Part shown: positions 7,931-16,383 of the stretch, piece after piece
Numbering within the stretch: position 1 is the first letter of the stretch
Layout: every line of letters begins with the position of its first letter
Translations under genes and position numbers: made by a program
Assembly: GCA_018649885.1 (NCBI GenBank)
Contig: JABIHA010000023.1
Span: 1-48,850 of the forward strand
Origin: Bacteriovoracaceae bacterium
GTDB taxonomy: Bacteria; Bdellovibrionota; Bacteriovoracia; Bacteriovoracales; Bacteriovoracaceae
DNA length: 48,850 nt
Direction of reading: 5' to 3'
The notes under the pieces: generated by a model
Told to the model about the DNA's origin: nothing
Seen by the model: only the letters and a program-made list of their open reading frames with translations
Database searches by the model: none

Positions 7931-10468
7931 TCAATCGATATATCCGATAAATGTAAAACCTTGAAAAGTATGGCTGCGTGAGTATTTAAGCAATTGTTCC
8001 ATGACAAGAGGGGTGAATAATTCTTCCACTCTCTCTTTAAAGTCAGATTGTCTTTCGATTTCTTGATCTCCATCAAGTGAACTATGCACGAGTACCCCAG
8101 GTAGATTCCTTTCAAAGCCTGTATGGACTAAAACATCTTTTGGATTATAATCAGGTGCATAGGCATCATTCCATACACCATATGGGTCGTCACCGCGGTA
8201 ATTTTCATAAATATTATCACCGCCAACTGAATCCCCATAGGTACCTTCAACAGCGGCCATGGTTCCCCAATTATAGTAAAAAGTAAAAAGCCCCGAATCT
8301 TGTAGTTCAATATGGCTTCCTTCATGAGTAACTGTATCTATATCAACAATATCTGAATCATCAGCTAGAGAAACAAAGCCAGGTCCAGTATAGGCTCTTC
8401 CACCATTAAGCTTCATGGTAATGCCAAATATATCTGTTTCAACTCTCCACTCAGAGTCTAAGATATCTTCCACAGTAATATTGTACTCTCCAACTCCTTC
8501 ATAATTTTGAAATGCATTCTCAAGCTCTAACTCTGCCTCTAAATCTTCTTCTGAAATATAATCAAGAGGATTAACTCTAATTCCAAATAAAACTATCTTC
8601 ATAGAACTTTCAGCTGCACCATAGATTGCACCTTTTTTGAAACCTTTTGCAACCTCCTCATTAGTCAAGAGGGCCACGACAGCTCCCTGCGCTCCTTTTC
8701 TAACCATATTGTGCCCAACCTCTAAGGCCACACTTGAAATGATTTGCCTTGTGGTGGGATTATCTAAATCAATTTTTATTGTTGGTTTACCGATCGCTGT
8801 AGGCAGAAGTCCTTCGACCACTTCTAATGTCCCGCCAACAACTGCTGAAGTTAAAACATTTTGACCAGTAAGTATTCCTTGTACAGTCCCCTCAAGAATG
8901 CCAACCGAGAACAATTTAAAATAGTGACCAGGGATCCAAGGAGCATAGGATACAAGAGATTTCGCCAAATCTGCAGGGGTGCCCTTAAATCCATCTTTAA
9001 ACTTTTTTCCATGACGTAAAGTATGAATAGTATCCCTTATTAAAACATTGGCCATAGATCCAACCATTACATTTCCAGTTGTAAGTGAAATAACAAGGCT
9101 CGCAGCCGTTCCTGCTACATTTTCAATGGCAAGTATTTTTTTAGCAACTCTTCCCACCTGAAAAATAAAACGACCAAAACTATTTTTACCTAATACAATG
9201 GGATGACCTTTCCTACCAAGGATTGTCTCCTTAAGATCTTTCATCCAAGGAGCATTTGGCATTATTAACTCTAACTTATGGTACTCATCAATAACTTCAT
9301 ATCTTTTAGGCTTTTTCCCTTTTTTAAAACTAAGCTTAACCTTATTTGCAGGGTGAATCCTATTATAGGATTTCAACTTTTTAAAAACTAACCTGTTATT
9401 ATTCAATACCCACTTTCTCAATTTCAAAATGACTTCATCATTTTCCTGTGACAAAAGTAAGCTCTTATAAGTATATTCTTTGACAAGATCCTCAATCGTT
9501 CCCAAATTCTCATAAAGAAAAACCTTGGTAAAATAATACCTACTTCCATCACTTGGAATGGGAATTCCAGGATGATCTTCCTTAAATTCGCTGGTAATAA
9601 ATGCCATCAAATCAATTTTGTAGGGAGCTGCATGGATTGCATTATAAAGTGGTACTAAGTGATTCTTAATTATTTTAGAATTAGTCTTCTCAGGTTTAAT
9701 TTTATGAGCAACCTTTGCAGAAGGCCTATTACTCGAAACCACTTTTAATTTTACTGAATTGTAAAATGCATTCGAAAGTAAAATATCTTGCTTGTCTAGA
9801 TCTTTTAGATATTTTGTATAATAAATTTCCCTATGCGCTTTGATTTCTTTTTTAGAAAGATATTTCATTTTGGTGACTGTAAGTCTTTTAGTTGGAAATG
9901 GGCTAGATATTTTTCCCCTAAAGTATCTTAAAAAGTAAATGCTCTCAGGATCAGAGGAAATGATATTAAACTTGTGAACCATAGGGTTTCTTTTGATCTT
10001 CAAGGCTCGCTGTTTTCTAATTAGATTCACCTTAAATGGATAAGCATGACCATAAATACTATAATCTTGCACTATCCAATTGTTATTAAGTACTCTGAAA
10101 AATTTCCTATTTTCTTTTTTCTTGAGGCTTCTAATTTTGCTTAAGAGTCTTGGGAAATTTGCTATCGGGTTTTCACCAACAATAGCTTTTACCCACTCCT
10201 TTCTCTGAATCATTTTGTGGTTTGAAAGCATCAAATAGAGTTGGTCAACCAAATCGGCCATCAAAAGATCTAGCCTTGAAGGAAGATAGGTGAGAACCAA
10301 TCCATCTTTTTCGTCAGCGCCCTCAAAAACCTCTGGCCTTTGATCATAAACCTTAGCTATTTCTGAAATAACTAAATTCTCTAATATTTTTAATTTGTGA
10401 TTTTTGGCGCTTACAGAAAAACAAAGCAATGCGCTTACCACGATTGTGTATAAGTGTAATTTTTTCAA
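7931..10468 (-). CDS. Large exported protein with Gly-rich hydrophobic helices and C-terminal HExxH zincin-like domain
   Basis: 845 aa; signal peptide; THEGSH motif at 8312-8326; central Gly/Ala-rich helices. Confidence 0.75.
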   Translation of the reverse strand: MKKLHLYTIVVSALLCFSVSAKNHKLKILENLVISEIAKVYDQRPEVFEGADEKDGLVLTYLPSRLDLLMADLVDQLYLMLSNHKMIQRKEWVKAIVGENPIANFPRLLSKIRSLKKKENRKFFRVLNNNWIVQDYSIYGHAYPFKVNLIRKQRALKIKRNPMVHKFNIISSDPESIYFLRYFRGKISSPFPTKRLTVTKMKYLSKKEIKAHREIYYTKYLKDLDKQDILLSNAFYNSVKLKVVSSNRPSAKVAHKIKPEKTNSKIIKNHLVPLYNAIHAAPYKIDLMAFITSEFKEDHPGIPIPSDGSRYYFTKVFLYENLGTIEDLVKEYTYKSLLLSQENDEVILKLRKWVLNNNRLVFKKLKSYNRIHPANKVKLSFKKGKKPKRYEVIDEYHKLELIMPNAPWMKDLKETILGRKGHPIVLGKNSFGRFIFQVGRVAKKILAIENVAGTAASLVISLTTGNVMVGSMANVLIRDTIHTLRHGKKFKDGFKGTPADLAKSLVSYAPWIPGHYFKLFSVGILEGTVQGILTGQNVLTSAVVGGTLEVVEGLLPTAIGKPTIKIDLDNPTTRQIISSVALEVGHNMVRKGAQGAVVALLTNEEVAKGFKKGAIYGAAESSMKIVLFGIRVNPLDYISEEDLEAELELENAFQNYEGVGEYNITVEDILDSEWRVETDIFGITMKLNGGRAYTGPGFVSLADDSDIVDIDTVTHEGSHIELQDSGLFTFYYNWGTMAAVEGTYGDSVGGDNIYENYRGDDPYGVWNDAYAPDYNPKDVLVHTGFERNLPGVLVHSSLDGDQEIERQSDFKERVEELFTPLVMEQLLKYSRSHTFQGFTFIGYID

Positions 10469-10637
10469 TGATCCTAACCTCTTTTATCCTAGTGCCTGCA
10501 CAACATAACTTAATTTGAGAATTTTTAAACCTGTTTGTAATTATTTCTGTCAAATTGATTAAGTATTGCCAGAATTAGATCTTTATTGTTGGAAATTAGA
10601 CATTTCCCAAATAAAAAAAGATTGTTACTATTTTCAA

Positions 10638-11129
10638 ATGGATATTGTATTAGCTGTACCTAGCGAAAATGATGTTCTTCAACAGTATGAAAGTTACCGT
10701 GGTGATGGTGATGGTGAACCAGGCTCGCCAATTATCCCATTCGATCAACTCTCGACTGAAGAGCAGAACAAGAAGACTCAAGCCTATAAGATTTTTATAA
10801 AATCAGTGAGAATCCAAGGTCAAGGGGTTGGATGGGTATCAATTATTGATAAAGAGGACAAAGAAACTATCAATCTAGGATTTGGCCTTTTTAAAAAGCA
10901 TAGAGGCCAAGGGCTGATGGCAAAAATCATTCCCGTTGCAGTTAGCTATATTATGAAGAACTGTTCACAAAAACCCATTACATCGGGTGCTAGAGTTCAA
11001 AATTTTGCAGCAAATATCAGCTTAGAAAAGGCAGGCTTTATATTTATTAAAAATTCTTTTATGACCGACCCTGCTGGATCTGATGAAGTATTTGAATATA
11101 AAACTTACAAGTATCCACATTGGCCTTAG
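10638..11129 (+). CDS. GNAT (RimJ/RimL-like) acetyltransferase
   Basis: HRGQGL acetyl-CoA motif and NFAANISLEKAGF; start placed at MDIVLAV. Confidence 0.85.
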   Translation: MDIVLAVPSENDVLQQYESYRGDGDGEPGSPIIPFDQLSTEEQNKKTQAYKIFIKSVRIQGQGVGWVSIIDKEDKETINLGFGLFKKHRGQGLMAKIIPVAVSYIMKNCSQKPITSGARVQNFAANISLEKAGFIFIKNSFMTDPAGSDEVFEYKTYKYPHWP

Positions 11130-11138
11130 CTCATGGGG

Positions 11139-11501
11139 CTAAAATTTCTGGCCTTTTATATCCCACTCACTCCAACGGCCATCTCGCTTTCCGGCCTTAA
11201 GATTGCCTTCAAGTTTTTTGCGACCATTTTTATACCAATAAACCCAGTGCCCATCTTTGAGTCCATTTAGATACTCACCTCTTTCTCTGAGTCCACCATC
11301 TTCATAAAGAGAAACCCATGGCCCGTGCTTTACAAGCTCTCCACTATCACTTTTGGCCAAGCACCATTTGTCTAATTGATTTGCCGAGTGAATGAACTCT
11401 CCCTCGGGACAAGGAGAATAGACATAGGTTATATAACCAACTGTTAGCAAGATGATAACGATAGCAATGACGTTTTTCCAAAGCGAGTGTCTAAGTCCCA
11501 T
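11139..11501 (-). CDS. Membrane-anchored MORN-variant (YwqK-like) repeat protein
   Basis: N-terminal TM; repeats KHGPWVSLYEDG, KDGHWVYWYKNG, RDGRWSEW. Confidence 0.85.
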   Translation of the reverse strand: MGLRHSLWKNVIAIVIILLTVGYITYVYSPCPEGEFIHSANQLDKWCLAKSDSGELVKHGPWVSLYEDGGLRERGEYLNGLKDGHWVYWYKNGRKKLEGNLKAGKRDGRWSEWDIKGQKF

Positions 11502-11548
11502 AGGGCATTTATACCTGTGTAGATTAAAGTTTCAAGTAGAGATTGGAG

Positions 11549-11842
11549 CTACAGTAGCTGGATTAGAACAAAGGGACTAACAATTAAAAAATTTGCCATT
11601 TTTTGATGTTTGTTTTGGTCCCATAAGGCCACATTTTCTTCAGTGGGTTTGTAAATGAGCCCACACTCCAGCCAGTATTTCACTTTATCACTCTCATCTT
11701 TGGCCACAGAAAGCGCCACTTCCTTTAATTCTAAGTCTTTAGAAACCACTACTAAAGCGTCGCGCCGAACATGTGGTTTGAGCATTGCCCAGTCAGCTTG
11801 CTCAATCTGGTCTGTAAAATCTAAATTTTCTTTTTCTGACAT
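11549..11842 (-). CDS. DUF2288 family protein
   Basis: DWAMLKPHVRRDALVVV...VKYWL...FLIVSPFVLIQ pattern. Confidence 0.8.
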   Translation of the reverse strand: MSEKENLDFTDQIEQADWAMLKPHVRRDALVVVSKDLELKEVALSVAKDESDKVKYWLECGLIYKPTEENVALWDQNKHQKMANFLIVSPFVLIQLL

Positions 11843-11883
11843 AGCAGGGAGATTATCAAAGGCCTTTCATTTGTCAATTAAAG

Positions 11884-12267
11884 TTAATTCAACTCATTTA
11901 CAATTCTCGCTTGTTTCCTAAGAAGCTCCTGTAATTCAGACTTTTCTGCGTCACTCTTTGCCACAATGTGCCCTTTTGCATCGCCAAACTTTTCAGCAAT
12001 TTCTAAGTTAATGGCCGTTATCGCCTCAAATGCTGCCGTAACAGATGAGCTCGGTCCCACCTGTTTTTTTTGAGGCCTTTCCAAATTTTCAGCAGCCACC
12101 TGGGCCTTCACAGACTTTGCTAAAACCTTGCGCTCAACTGGCCCTATTTTTTCAATATTTATATTTTTCATTTGCACCCTACTAATCATCTTTGACTTCA
12201 AAAAATAATGCTTAACCCCAAGACCTGCTCCTAAAAGGAGTAAAATACATGTAATTTTAGTTTTCAC
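11884..12267 (-). CDS. Hypothetical protein with N-terminal anchor and C-terminal helical hairpin
   Basis: 127 aa; ATGA-type overlap with upstream gene; GGAG RBS. Confidence 0.75.
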   Translation of the reverse strand: MKTKITCILLLLGAGLGVKHYFLKSKMISRVQMKNINIEKIGPVERKVLAKSVKAQVAAENLERPQKKQVGPSSSVTAAFEAITAINLEIAEKFGDAKGHIVAKSDAEKSELQELLRKQARIVNELN

Positions 12268-12560
12268 TTCCGCTCCTTTAACAATTCAGTGATTTCCACC
12301 TCAGAAGCCTTACAGCCCTTTCCGGTTTTGTAAAACCAGTGAGCTACCGCCTGGTAATTATCTTCTGCAATATCAAAATTTTGTTCAAACCTATTTCTTA
12401 AGCACTCCAGTGCCTCTTTATTAGGAGCGGCCAAATTGGGGGCCTTCCCTAAAGGCGACACCCCACTACCTCCTACTCCAGTGCTCTCTTTTCCACAGCC
12501 CCATATTAAGACCAGAAATAAAACCAAGGTTTTGGATCCGGGGTGTTTAATAATCTTCAT
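12264..12560 (-). CDS. Putative small lipoprotein
   Basis: Start MKIIKHPG (12560) with GGAGAGG RBS; lipobox-like LIWGC; two further Cys. Confidence 0.75.
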   Translation of the reverse strand: MKIIKHPGSKTLVLFLVLIWGCGKESTGVGGSGVSPLGKAPNLAAPNKEALECLRNRFEQNFDIAEDNYQAVAHWFYKTGKGCKASEVEITELLKERK

Positions 12561-13443
12561 CGTAAACCTCTCCGTTATGTGTCCATATCTGCTCAATGTC
12601 TTTTTCAATGGTCTTTACCGGATAAATAGATTTTTTTAACTCCCGCCAGTTGGAAAAAACCTTCGCTTCAAGCTTTAAATCTTTTTCATAAGTAAGCTTC
12701 TCAAAAAGAGTAGAGAAACTATCCTTAAATGAGAGAACCTCTGGATGGTGGTCAATAAATTTGCCTAACTCATGACCAATTAAGGCCGCTTTCAGCAGGT
12801 TGTTTCCTTTTTTCGCAACCAGGAGCTGTGACAATTTTTTAGACAACTGGCTTACCAGCACAGCATGCTCGTCACTAACCTTATCTTCAAAATGATACCT
12901 TCTTGTAAGGTGTAATTTCACATTAATTTTTTTCGATATAAGATCACAGGTAAAGGCCCTGTCACCAGATATTAGATCTCCTTCAGAGTGTTTAATGCGC
13001 GAAACATAGTCATCTGCTAGAAAAGACTTCAACTTCTCAGTGTATGAGTCCAGATCACTTTCAATTTCAAGGTTATTTACTCGGTAAGCTTGATCATTTT
13101 CAAGTCTTTTTTCTCCTACCCAAAAAGACCATATCTGAAGAATATCATCATCATTTTTAGGGTAGTATTTTTCTCCAAATCTAATTGGATCGATAAAATA
13201 ATGTAAATTTGAATGACCACAACTGGGACAATTATTAAATGGCCTCAAGGCCTTCTTGATATCTTGCTCAAATTTTGAGCAACTTGTTAAAGGAATCTCT
13301 TTCATGCTTCCTGTAACATCAAATTTTGAGCGTTCCATTCTTCCCGATAATTGTTCATTCACTTGATAGTCACTGTAATCGCCCTCAATGGTCACGGCCA
13401 TCGCGGTTTCTATAATTAAAAATAATACTATTAAAAATTTCAC
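12547..13443 (-). CDS. Exported hypothetical protein
   Basis: 298 aa; GTG start with GAGGGAG RBS; signal peptide ending AMA; CPSC plus two other Cys. Confidence 0.8.
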   Translation of the reverse strand: MKFLIVLFLIIETAMAVTIEGDYSDYQVNEQLSGRMERSKFDVTGSMKEIPLTSCSKFEQDIKKALRPFNNCPSCGHSNLHYFIDPIRFGEKYYPKNDDDILQIWSFWVGEKRLENDQAYRVNNLEIESDLDSYTEKLKSFLADDYVSRIKHSEGDLISGDRAFTCDLISKKINVKLHLTRRYHFEDKVSDEHAVLVSQLSKKLSQLLVAKKGNNLLKAALIGHELGKFIDHHPEVLSFKDSFSTLFEKLTYEKDLKLEAKVFSNWRELKKSIYPVKTIEKDIEQIWTHNGEVYDEDY

Positions 13444-13460
13444 TTCTTACTCCCTCATTT

Positions 13461-13483
13461 AAAAAGGGAGGATTTCTCCTCCC
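13461..13483 (-). terminator. Intra-operon intrinsic terminator
   Basis: Minus strand GGGAGGA-GAAA-TCCTCCC-TTTTT directly after the 558-aa gene. Confidence 0.8.
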
Positions 13484-13494
13484 AGGGTTTTAGT

Positions 13495-15171
13495 TTACTT
13501 ATTTAAAAATGTTGTAGTCCCACCAATCCAAGTAGATTGATTGACACCCCATTTTTCTTCAGCTGTATAATCTTGTTTACTCATGTAGTTAGTTGCACTA
13601 CTAGCAGATCCAAAAGATCCAGCAACTCCCTTTAATGCCCAAGAAATTCCTTTGCACCAAATACTCATGCTTCCACAAGTTTGGCTCACACCATGAGCAA
13701 AAATCATCGCTCCATTTGTAACGGGAATAGGCAGAGGTTCAACATCTGCAGCAGCAGGGACCGATACCGGCTCAGCGGCCATTGTCAGAACTCTCGACAT
13801 TAAATCTTGTTTAATCTCTTTTTGCATACTCATCCTTTGCTTAGATGAGAAAGTACTATCTGGGTCTTCAACCTCCCAATTAATAAAAAATGAATCCTTC
13901 TTTAAATTCGTTTCTGAAATTTCAGTCCAGTTCTTTCGACTAAAAAACCTTGATTTCGATTTTGAAGTAACCATTCGTTGGTAGAATTTGTAGAGATTAT
14001 AGCTAGCAGTCATATTGAATCGATAATTAACTGGATACTGATAGCTGGCAGTAATCCCAAAAACTACGTTTGTGGATACATTGGGATTGGCAGTTAAGAT
14101 ATCCCCTTCGTCCAGAAAGTCTTTGTAATAAAGAGGACACGCCCCAACTAAGCTAAGCCTGATTGCGCCCACAAGATGTGAAGGAAGAGATGCATGTACA
14201 TTTTCACTTGGTGCATCTCCATATGGAAGGTAGTTAAGTCCTTGAATGGTGTAATCAAGAATAGATGACAAAGAGCTAAGAAAAGCTGCCTTATTAGTTG
14301 CACCTGTAAGCTGTGCATGAATGCGGGCACCTTTAGTGCGAATCATTTCAAATTGATACTGGGGATAGCGGTTTTCAAGCCACTTTACATTTTGCTCCCA
14401 ACCAGAATCATAGTCGATATGGGCAAACCCACCTTCCATATTAGCATAAGTTTGATATGCCCCTTGGACTAGTGTCAAAAGTTTAAGTTGCTCTGTTTCT
14501 TTTAATTGAATGACTTCTAAAACAGTATTTAAGTTTTGCTGAGCAAGTTCCACTTTACGCTGGGCCTTCTCGAAGCTTCTCACAATATCGTGGTGCTCAC
14601 TTCTAAACTCTCTTAGCTCAACATAAGTAGATCTCCTCTCAAGTTTAAGTGATCTGTACTCTTCATGTAATCTCTCACATAGCTCAGCATCACTTCCACA
14701 ATTCATACTAAGCTCTGTATTTTTCTCGATTTGCATTTCAAGGCCTTCAAGATGAGAGGTAAGCGATCTCATTTGAGACAAGGCCTCTTTATGTTCGGCC
14801 TCATACTTAGCTGCCTTCTTCCTTTCTTTCATCAATTTTTTTCTGGCATGATTAAGCCCTGGTGTCATGGCATCAATTTCTACTGTATAGCGCTTCATCC
14901 TCTCAACAATACGGTAGGTGCTAGACTGCAAGCTCTTCATGGTTTTACAAAAACCTAAATTACCTCCAGCTGTAAAATGGGACAAATTAGCGCGACCAGA
15001 AGTTGGAGGTAAAACCCAAACCTTCTGACAAGACTTGTGATCTCTAACGAGCGTTGAGTTGGTTTGATTGTTAATTCCTGTTAAGGCCCCACAATCTGAG
15101 GTAAATCCTGAGGGAATGGCAAAGGCCTCCCCTGCACCTATAGCTAGGCACAAAATCAATAGTTTTTTCAT
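13495..15171 (-). CDS. Large exported protein with long coiled-coil hairpin, function unknown
   Basis: 558 aa; AGGAGG RBS; signal peptide ending AFA; ~160-residue helical insert with central CGSDAELC; beta-rich remainder. Confidence 0.85.
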   Translation of the reverse strand: MKKLLILCLAIGAGEAFAIPSGFTSDCGALTGINNQTNSTLVRDHKSCQKVWVLPPTSGRANLSHFTAGGNLGFCKTMKSLQSSTYRIVERMKRYTVEIDAMTPGLNHARKKLMKERKKAAKYEAEHKEALSQMRSLTSHLEGLEMQIEKNTELSMNCGSDAELCERLHEEYRSLKLERRSTYVELREFRSEHHDIVRSFEKAQRKVELAQQNLNTVLEVIQLKETEQLKLLTLVQGAYQTYANMEGGFAHIDYDSGWEQNVKWLENRYPQYQFEMIRTKGARIHAQLTGATNKAAFLSSLSSILDYTIQGLNYLPYGDAPSENVHASLPSHLVGAIRLSLVGACPLYYKDFLDEGDILTANPNVSTNVVFGITASYQYPVNYRFNMTASYNLYKFYQRMVTSKSKSRFFSRKNWTEISETNLKKDSFFINWEVEDPDSTFSSKQRMSMQKEIKQDLMSRVLTMAAEPVSVPAAADVEPLPIPVTNGAMIFAHGVSQTCGSMSIWCKGISWALKGVAGSFGSASSATNYMSKQDYTAEEKWGVNQSTWIGGTTTFLNK

Positions 15172-15287
15172 TGTAAAAATCCTCCTACGGAAAAATTGTT
15201 AGGAAGATGAGGTCAGCACTTGATTTTTTCAGAAATGAACGCTATCTCTGAATACATGTGGATGACCCGATCATTCCACGTTATTGC

Positions 15288-15336
15288 AAAGGCCTAACTT
15301 CCAATCTTGCAGGATGCGAAGTTGGGCCTTTTTTTT
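15288..15336 (+). terminator. Long hairpin with T8 tail (plus-strand terminator geometry)
   Basis: aaaggcctaacttc...gaagttgggccttt followed by a T run. Confidence 0.65.
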
Positions 15337-15343
15337 AATTTAT

Positions 15344-15415
15344 TTATAAGTCTCCATTACCCATATCTATAATCTCTAAATACCTAGAATTAAATATCTT
15401 CATTACCATTTCCAT
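15344..15415 (-). CDS. Candidate 23-aa small ORF MEMVMKIFNSRYLEIIDMGNGDL
   Basis: ATG 15415 to TAA 15346-15344, preceded by purine-rich GAAGGGTGGGA; translation unproven. Confidence 0.35.
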   Translation of the reverse strand: MEMVMKIFNSRYLEIIDMGNGDL

Positions 15416-15609
15416 TCATATTCCCACCCTTCTCAAAATGAAATAATTACTTTTTTCTTTAGTTAATATGAATGAAAAACATCACTTTGAGAGAATAACG
15501 TCAACATTATTTGGGATATTTTTCCAAAACTATTGATTTTTCCCGTTTTTTGGAATATTTCACCTAGTAACCAGTACATTTACTGCAACATTTGGGAATT
15601 GAAACAGTT

Positions 15610-16383
15610 ATGCAACAAGAGATCCTTTCAACCGTTAGAAGAAAGCTTTCAGAGGCCGGTATTAATCAAAAAAAGCTAGCTGAGATGATGGACCGTCCCC
15701 TTAGCTCAGTTAACCGTCTTCTCAATGGACAAAAGGCCTTAACCATCGAAGAGCTGGGCGAATTGTGTAGAATTTTTGGAATCAGTATAGGAAGAATTAT
15801 TCAAGAGACTGAGCACTCGCTACCACAAATAAAATACCTCGAGGCAAATGAAGAAAAAACAATTTTAGAAACTGATCTTGTTTTTGATCTTTGGAATATT
15901 TTAAAGGTAAAAAGATCCTTGGGTGATATACTCAATTTTTTCCCCACTCCTAAGCACAGTGAAGTGATCTGTCACCTCAATCATTTCGTCAAAAAAGGCG
16001 TGGTCATAAAAGACCCTTACGAAAACTATATTGTTAATTTTGAAAGATCACAAAATGTCTTTTTTAGACATAGTGATGCCTATACCAAGAGAAAAGTTTC
16101 TGTCTTCGATAGGATATTTACTCAAAAACCAGACTTGTCACAAATGCCCACAACTCTAAAACAAAATTGGGTCGACAGCTACAGTGATGGATTTATGATA
16201 GACTACTTTACCAAAGATCAAATAAAGCAAAGAAAAGTTTTGATAAGACAGCTTTGGAACTTTATGCGGGCCCAAAGAAATATGAATGATACATCGAGAA
16301 TCCCACAAAATGTAAATGAGGATCTTGAGCTTAGAGTGTTTAGTATAGTCGATATGGCCTATCCGCGTGAGAAGCTTCAATGA
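15610..16383 (+). CDS. XRE-family HTH transcriptional regulator with probable second winged helix
   Basis: GINQKKLAEMMDRPLSSVNRLLNGQKALTIEELGELCRIFGIS; start at ATG 15610. Confidence 0.9.
   Translation: MQQEILSTVRRKLSEAGINQKKLAEMMDRPLSSVNRLLNGQKALTIEELGELCRIFGISIGRIIQETEHSLPQIKYLEANEEKTILETDLVFDLWNILKVKRSLGDILNFFPTPKHSEVICHLNHFVKKGVVIKDPYENYIVNFERSQNVFFRHSDAYTKRKVSVFDRIFTQKPDLSQMPTTLKQNWVDSYSDGFMIDYFTKDQIKQRKVLIRQLWNFMRAQRNMNDTSRIPQNVNEDLELRVFSIVDMAYPREKLQ

Noticed and set aside
11139..11501. YwqK-like protein as an antitoxin
   Set aside because: MORN-variant repeats are generic and no cognate toxin gene is adjacent.
15172..15340. Known riboswitch (c-di-GMP, TPP, SAM, glycine)
   Set aside because: Consensus nucleotides not found by eye on either strand.
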